Shown piece after piece: positions 49,720 to 53,874 of a DNA stretch of 53,874 nucleotides. Source of the DNA: Planctomycetota bacterium (GTDB taxonomy: Bacteria > Planctomycetota > GCA-002687715 > DRQF01); contig JAZGFI010000052.1 of assembly GCA_036479435.1 (NCBI GenBank), positions 1 through 53,874 of the forward strand. Reading direction: 5' to 3'. A program made the position numbers and the translations under genes. The number at the start of each line of letters is the position of its first letter. Position 1 is the first letter of the stretch. The notes beneath the pieces were generated by a model. That model saw nothing but the letters and a program-made list of their open reading frames with translations, had not been told where the DNA came from and ran no database searches.

Positions 49720-51180
49720 ATGCTGAAGGCGCTACTGAAGTACTTCTCGCTGGCGGTGCTCGTTCACCTGATCACTGGGGTCCTGACGAAGGTCGTGGAG
49801 CTGCTGGTACTGGGCGGGGCCCTCACAGAGGCTCAGTTCGGGGTCTACCAGCACTATTTACTCGTCGTGGAGATGAGCGCAGGGGTCTTCATCGTGGGGA
49901 TGGAGCACGCCCTCGTCACCTTCATCAATCGCGCCCCCGAAAATTACCTCCGATTTTTGGCGTTTTTCGTCCGCTATGGCGCGTTTGCCCTGCTTCTGGG
50001 GGCTCTCGCCGCGGCTTTTGCCTACCAGCGTTACTCAACGGCGACTGTCTTGGCGCTCGTGGCCTTGGGTCCCTTTATCATCGCCGAACTTGGCAAGCTG
50101 ATTTTTCGAGCTCGCTTGGAGCAAGCCTGGGAGCTGTCGCTTCAAGGCCTCCAAAGTTTGCTGTGGTCTTTGGGCTGCGCTTTGTCGGTGTGGCTTTGGG
50201 CCAAGCCCCAAGGACTTGAAAATGGCGTGGCCTGGCTGCCGTCTTGGTTGCCATTAGCATGGGCACTGGCTGGAACGGTACTGACGGCGCTCATCGTGGG
50301 ATTTGTGTTGTCGCGTCGGCTGCGAGAGCTCACCAAGACCGCACCCGCGAAGCCGGACTTCTTTGGTACCGCCTACCAGCCGTTTTGGGCCGATTATCGC
50401 CAGCTTTGGCTGGGGGGGATGGCCTTCTTGCTGAATATTCAAGTGGTGAAACTGGCCGTTGACCATACCTTGGGCAATGTCGCGCTCGGCCGCTACGGCT
50501 ACGTCATGTCGGTCATGTTGTTCATCCATAAGCCTCTGGCCCTGGTGCAGCGCGCCGCGTTGCCGCTATTCACTCGGCTTCCCGAGGAAGTCCCCGCGGC
50601 GTTTCGCAGCTTGGTGCGTATCAACCTCACGGTCTTTCCGCTCCTGGCCGTTTTCGTCTTGGGCGGCTACGACTACCTGCTAAAGATTCCGAGTTTGCAA
50701 AAATGGGATGGCACCTGGCCCTACCTCGCGATCGTCATCTCTTCGGCGCCGATGTTCAGTGTCGAGTATCTCGTGGCCACGGTCGCCGTGGCCCGCGGCC
50801 TCGCCGCCAACACTCGTCGCGCTAACGTCACGGCATTGTTCGTCAACCTTCCCCTGGCTTGGTTTTTGGTGACGCAGTACGGCTTGATGGGCGCGGCGTC
50901 CGCCGCCTTGGCGTACCCGATGCTCTTTGGAATTTTGATGTTCTGGTTCAATCGCCGGGATCTGCCGAGCTATGTAAAGTTTGCTGCCGTTGCGATTCTC
51001 CGGGCCCTCTTTTGGCTTTGGGCAGCGATCTCGTTGTTGTGGTGGCTCGGGGAACCGGGAAAGTGGTTCCCTTTGGCGGCGCTAATCTACTTGGGCGGGA
51101 GTCTCTTGACGGGGCTATGGAGCCCCGCCGAAATACGCCATGCCTTCGGATATCTGCTTGGACGCCGCGATTCGAGATAG
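49720..51180 (+). CDS. Wzx/MATE-like polysaccharide flippase
   Basis: About 12-14 TM; LTEAQFGVY, D..LG...LGRYG, ALPLF, YGLMGAASA. Confidence 0.7.
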   Translation: MLKALLKYFSLAVLVHLITGVLTKVVELLVLGGALTEAQFGVYQHYLLVVEMSAGVFIVGMEHALVTFINRAPENYLRFLAFFVRYGAFALLLGALAAAFAYQRYSTATVLALVALGPFIIAELGKLIFRARLEQAWELSLQGLQSLLWSLGCALSVWLWAKPQGLENGVAWLPSWLPLAWALAGTVLTALIVGFVLSRRLRELTKTAPAKPDFFGTAYQPFWADYRQLWLGGMAFLLNIQVVKLAVDHTLGNVALGRYGYVMSVMLFIHKPLALVQRAALPLFTRLPEEVPAAFRSLVRINLTVFPLLAVFVLGGYDYLLKIPSLQKWDGTWPYLAIVISSAPMFSVEYLVATVAVARGLAANTRRANVTALFVNLPLAWFLVTQYGLMGAASAALAYPMLFGILMFWFNRRDLPSYVKFAAVAILRALFWLWAAISLLWWLGEPGKWFPLAALIYLGGSLLTGLWSPAEIRHAFGYLLGRRDSR

Positions 51181-51330
51181 GTTCATGATCCGCCCAGATC
51201 TTGCAAAAAAGGCGGCGCCTGTTAACTTTGGCGGCTGCTCTTGCAGCCGAATTGTCGGCTCGGCCTTGCGGCTTTCTTGCCGTTCTAACCGATCCCGCAA
51301 GACTTGATCCCGAGCCCCAAAGGAATTCCC

Positions 51331-52389
51331 ATGTCCAGCTACAGCGAGATTCAGTCAATCCTCGGCGCCGATGCCGCCGGTCTTCTTGGACACGAGTGCA
51401 AGACCGTTTCCAAAGATCAGATCTATCTCCCTGGTCCCGACTTTATCGATCGCGTGCACTTGGATTCCGATCGACCGGTTTCCGTGTTGCGTAACTTGGC
51501 GGCACTGCATGGCCACGGCCGATTGGCCGGTACTGGTTTCGTCAGCATTCTGCCGGTTGACCAGGGCATCGAACACAGCGCGGCGGCGTCCTTTGCGCCG
51601 AACCCGATCTACTTCGACCCGAAGAACATCGTCGAGCTTGCGCTGCAAGGTGGATGCAATGCCGTTGCGTCAACTCTTGGCGTGCTCGGCAGCGTCGCGC
51701 GTCGCTACGCGCACAAGATTCCCTTCATCGTGAAGATCAACCACAACGAGTTGATGACTACGCCGAACACTTTTGACCAGATCGAATTCTCAAGCGTCGA
51801 TCAAGCCTTCGAGATGGGCGCGGCCGGAGTAGGTGCCACGATTTACTTCGGTTCGGAAGAGTCGGGCCGGCAGATCGTTGACATCGCGCGCGCTTTCGAA
51901 AGAGCGCACGAGCTGGGCTTGTTCACCGTGTTGTGGTGCTACCTGCGCAACCCGGCCTTCAAAGTCGATGGCGTCGACTACCACGCTGCCGCCGACCTCA
52001 CCGCCCAGGCGAATCACCTTGGCGTCACCATCAAAGCGGACATCATCAAACAAAAGCTGCCCGAAAATAACGGTGGCTTCAAGGCCGCCAAAACCGGCAA
52101 GACGCACGACTTGGTCTACAGCCAGCTCACCACAGATCACCCCATCGATCTCTGCCGTTGGCAGGTCGTCAACAATTACATGGGGCGTTCAGGCTTGATC
52201 AACTCCGGTGGTGCTTCGGGCGCCAACGATTTGCAGCAAGCCGTGCAGACCGCAGTCATCAACAAGCGTGCGGGGGGCATGGGCCTCATCTCCGGCCGCA
52301 AGGCCTTCCAAAAGCCCATGGCCGAGGGCATCAAGCTCCTCAACGCCATCCAAGACGTCTACCTCTGCGACGAAGTCACCGTCGCGTAA
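51331..52389 (+). CDS. fbaB: Class I fructose-bisphosphate aldolase (DhnA type)
   Basis: [46 protein letters not shown] (Schiff-base Lys), [17 protein letters not shown]. Confidence 0.96.
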   Translation: MSSYSEIQSILGADAAGLLGHECKTVSKDQIYLPGPDFIDRVHLDSDRPVSVLRNLAALHGHGRLAGTGFVSILPVDQGIEHSAAASFAPNPIYFDPKNIVELALQGGCNAVASTLGVLGSVARRYAHKIPFIVKINHNELMTTPNTFDQIEFSSVDQAFEMGAAGVGATIYFGSEESGRQIVDIARAFERAHELGLFTVLWCYLRNPAFKVDGVDYHAAADLTAQANHLGVTIKADIIKQKLPENNGGFKAAKTGKTHDLVYSQLTTDHPIDLCRWQVVNNYMGRSGLINSGGASGANDLQQAVQTAVINKRAGGMGLISGRKAFQKPMAEGIKLLNAIQDVYLCDEVTVA

Positions 52390-52416
52390 CTTGCATAAAT
52401 TCAATGAGTTGAATCG

Positions 52417-52450
52417 AGAAAAGGGGAGCCCATCGGCTCCCCTTTTCTTT
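52417..52450. terminator. Rho-independent terminator after fbaB
   Basis: AGAAAAGGGGAGCC-CATC-GGCTCCCCTTTTCT 14-bp perfect stem with a T-rich tail. Confidence 0.9.
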
Positions 52451-52563
52451 GAGTAAACTTCCAGCGCCGCACTGCGACGTTCTTTTCAGAACTTCAATCT
52501 GTTGGAATCGAATCTTCGAGGTCTCCCCCCACCTCGATCGAAACCACATTTGGAGTATGCACC

Positions 52564-53748
52564 ATGAAGAGATTCAATCGATGGGTGACGGCGGGGGCCC
52601 TGGCGATGGCGGCGGCGATGCCGCTTTCGGCGCAGAGCGTCAATTTGACGGGCTTTGTTGCTACTGACTTTGCCGGTTTGACCACCGTCGTCGACCCCGG
52701 CGGCGTGGATGTTTCCATGCCGGCGAATTTCACTGGGCTTACCAGTGGTTGGGACATGAAGGGCTTGGCCCTTCACTACGACTTGGCTTCCGATACTTTT
52801 TTCATCGGCCTCGACTACTACGGTATTGGGGGCGATGCGGATGGCAACGGAGATGCCGGAACCACCGGAACCGAGCTCGACCAGATTCAAGGGCTCGACA
52901 TCCCCGACCTCGGCGCTGGAGAGACTTTTGTCCTCGTCTTTGATCTTAATGGCGACGGCGTCGGCGACATCATGATGGGCGTCGAACCTGGCGGCAACAT
53001 CAACGATTTCAAGACGACCTACTGCCCACCAAGCCTAAACCTTCAAACGGCCCACTCGAACTTCGGGGATCCGGTGGCTGCAGCTCAAGCCGCCACGGTG
53101 TTGGGCTCGCCTTTCGACAACTGCCCCGATATCGAAATGTCGATGGGCGGATTCTGCGAACTTCTGAATGAGTTTGCCGGCCCGGGAACGGAATCCATCG
53201 GGGTCTACGCCTTTAGCGGTTCCTTTGCTGACAGCTCAATCGGCGACGACGAGATCGCCGACCCGCAAACCGGTGGCTTTCTGACGATGTCGCTTTCGGC
53301 CTTCGATGCCGCCGGCAACCTGCCGATCCTCAACAACTTTCGCATGAAGAGTGTTGAGACGATTCCGCAGAGCCCTCACTTTCTCGCGAAGACCGAGTAC
53401 GGCGTGCGCCCGAACTACGGTTGCTGTCTGCTGTTCTCACTCGCCGACAACCTCGCCGGTTGGCAGGTCGGCGCTCCCTTCAACGTCACCGTCAAGGTCG
53501 GTGTCCTTGGAGTTCCCACCTATGTCATCGACCTCGGCGTCCTCGCCAGTACCGTCGCGGCCAGCTGCACACCCAAAGAGGGTCTACAGATCATCCCTGC
53601 AGCTATTGCGGACATGACGGTCTATCTACAAATGTTCTCCTACCCCGCGCCCTTCATCCTGGGCGTCTCCGACACCTACTACACCAGTAATCGCGTCATC
53701 CTCCACCCCGGCCTCTACCCCGTCCCCGAGCCACAAGGCCAATTCTAA
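52564..53748 (+). CDS. Secreted hypothetical protein with Ca-binding-like loops and C-terminal beta domain
   Basis: Signal peptide (LSA-Q); GDADGNGD and DLNGDGVGD loops; GGAG RBS. Confidence 0.7.
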   Translation: MKRFNRWVTAGALAMAAAMPLSAQSVNLTGFVATDFAGLTTVVDPGGVDVSMPANFTGLTSGWDMKGLALHYDLASDTFFIGLDYYGIGGDADGNGDAGTTGTELDQIQGLDIPDLGAGETFVLVFDLNGDGVGDIMMGVEPGGNINDFKTTYCPPSLNLQTAHSNFGDPVAAAQAATVLGSPFDNCPDIEMSMGGFCELLNEFAGPGTESIGVYAFSGSFADSSIGDDEIADPQTGGFLTMSLSAFDAAGNLPILNNFRMKSVETIPQSPHFLAKTEYGVRPNYGCCLLFSLADNLAGWQVGAPFNVTVKVGVLGVPTYVIDLGVLASTVAASCTPKEGLQIIPAAIADMTVYLQMFSYPAPFILGVSDTYYTSNRVILHPGLYPVPEPQGQF

Positions 53749-53874
53749 AACCGGCTATACGGCGTCAGTGCGCTGGGAAAGCTCAGTCAAGGAGTACGAA
53801 ATGACTTAGTCAGATCTGAAACTTTGTTCGAAACCCTATGGGTACCCAATCCCATCCGGCCAAGGTCGACCACC

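Noticed and set aside
53710..53748. VPEP near the C-terminus as a PEP-CTERM signal
   Set aside because: No following TM helix or basic tail, and none apparent past the stop.

Overview
About 54 kb of GC-rich bacterial chromosome, probably from an uncultured Planctomycetota-type diderm (inferred from the prenyltransferase-repeat lipoprotein, alginate-export-type porins and a recurring C-terminal domain on secreted proteins). About 42 CDS can be supported. Housekeeping: purD, fur, ctaA, stand-alone 5'-3' exonuclease, malic enzyme, rsmG, truD, fbaB. Envelope: tandem porins, waaG-like glycosyltransferase, LPS kinase, GT-C-like protein, flippase. Peptide use: C1, M1, S46 and HtrA peptidases plus POT and DUF819 transporters. 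Accessory: a class II Fic gene, a yhcG nuclease and a Phd-ParE/RelE pair; yhcG and the toxin each carry one in-frame stop. The best candidate for an undescribed system is a tightly coupled four-gene operon (37467-41314): ECF sigma, a membrane anti-sigma with an external dockerin, a secreted cohesin-like protein and a VIT-vWA lipoprotein. This suggests cohesin-dockerin binding reused for transmembrane signalling. No rRNA, tRNA, CRISPR array, integrase or transposase was recognised. All family calls come from reading motifs by eye; no database search was run.
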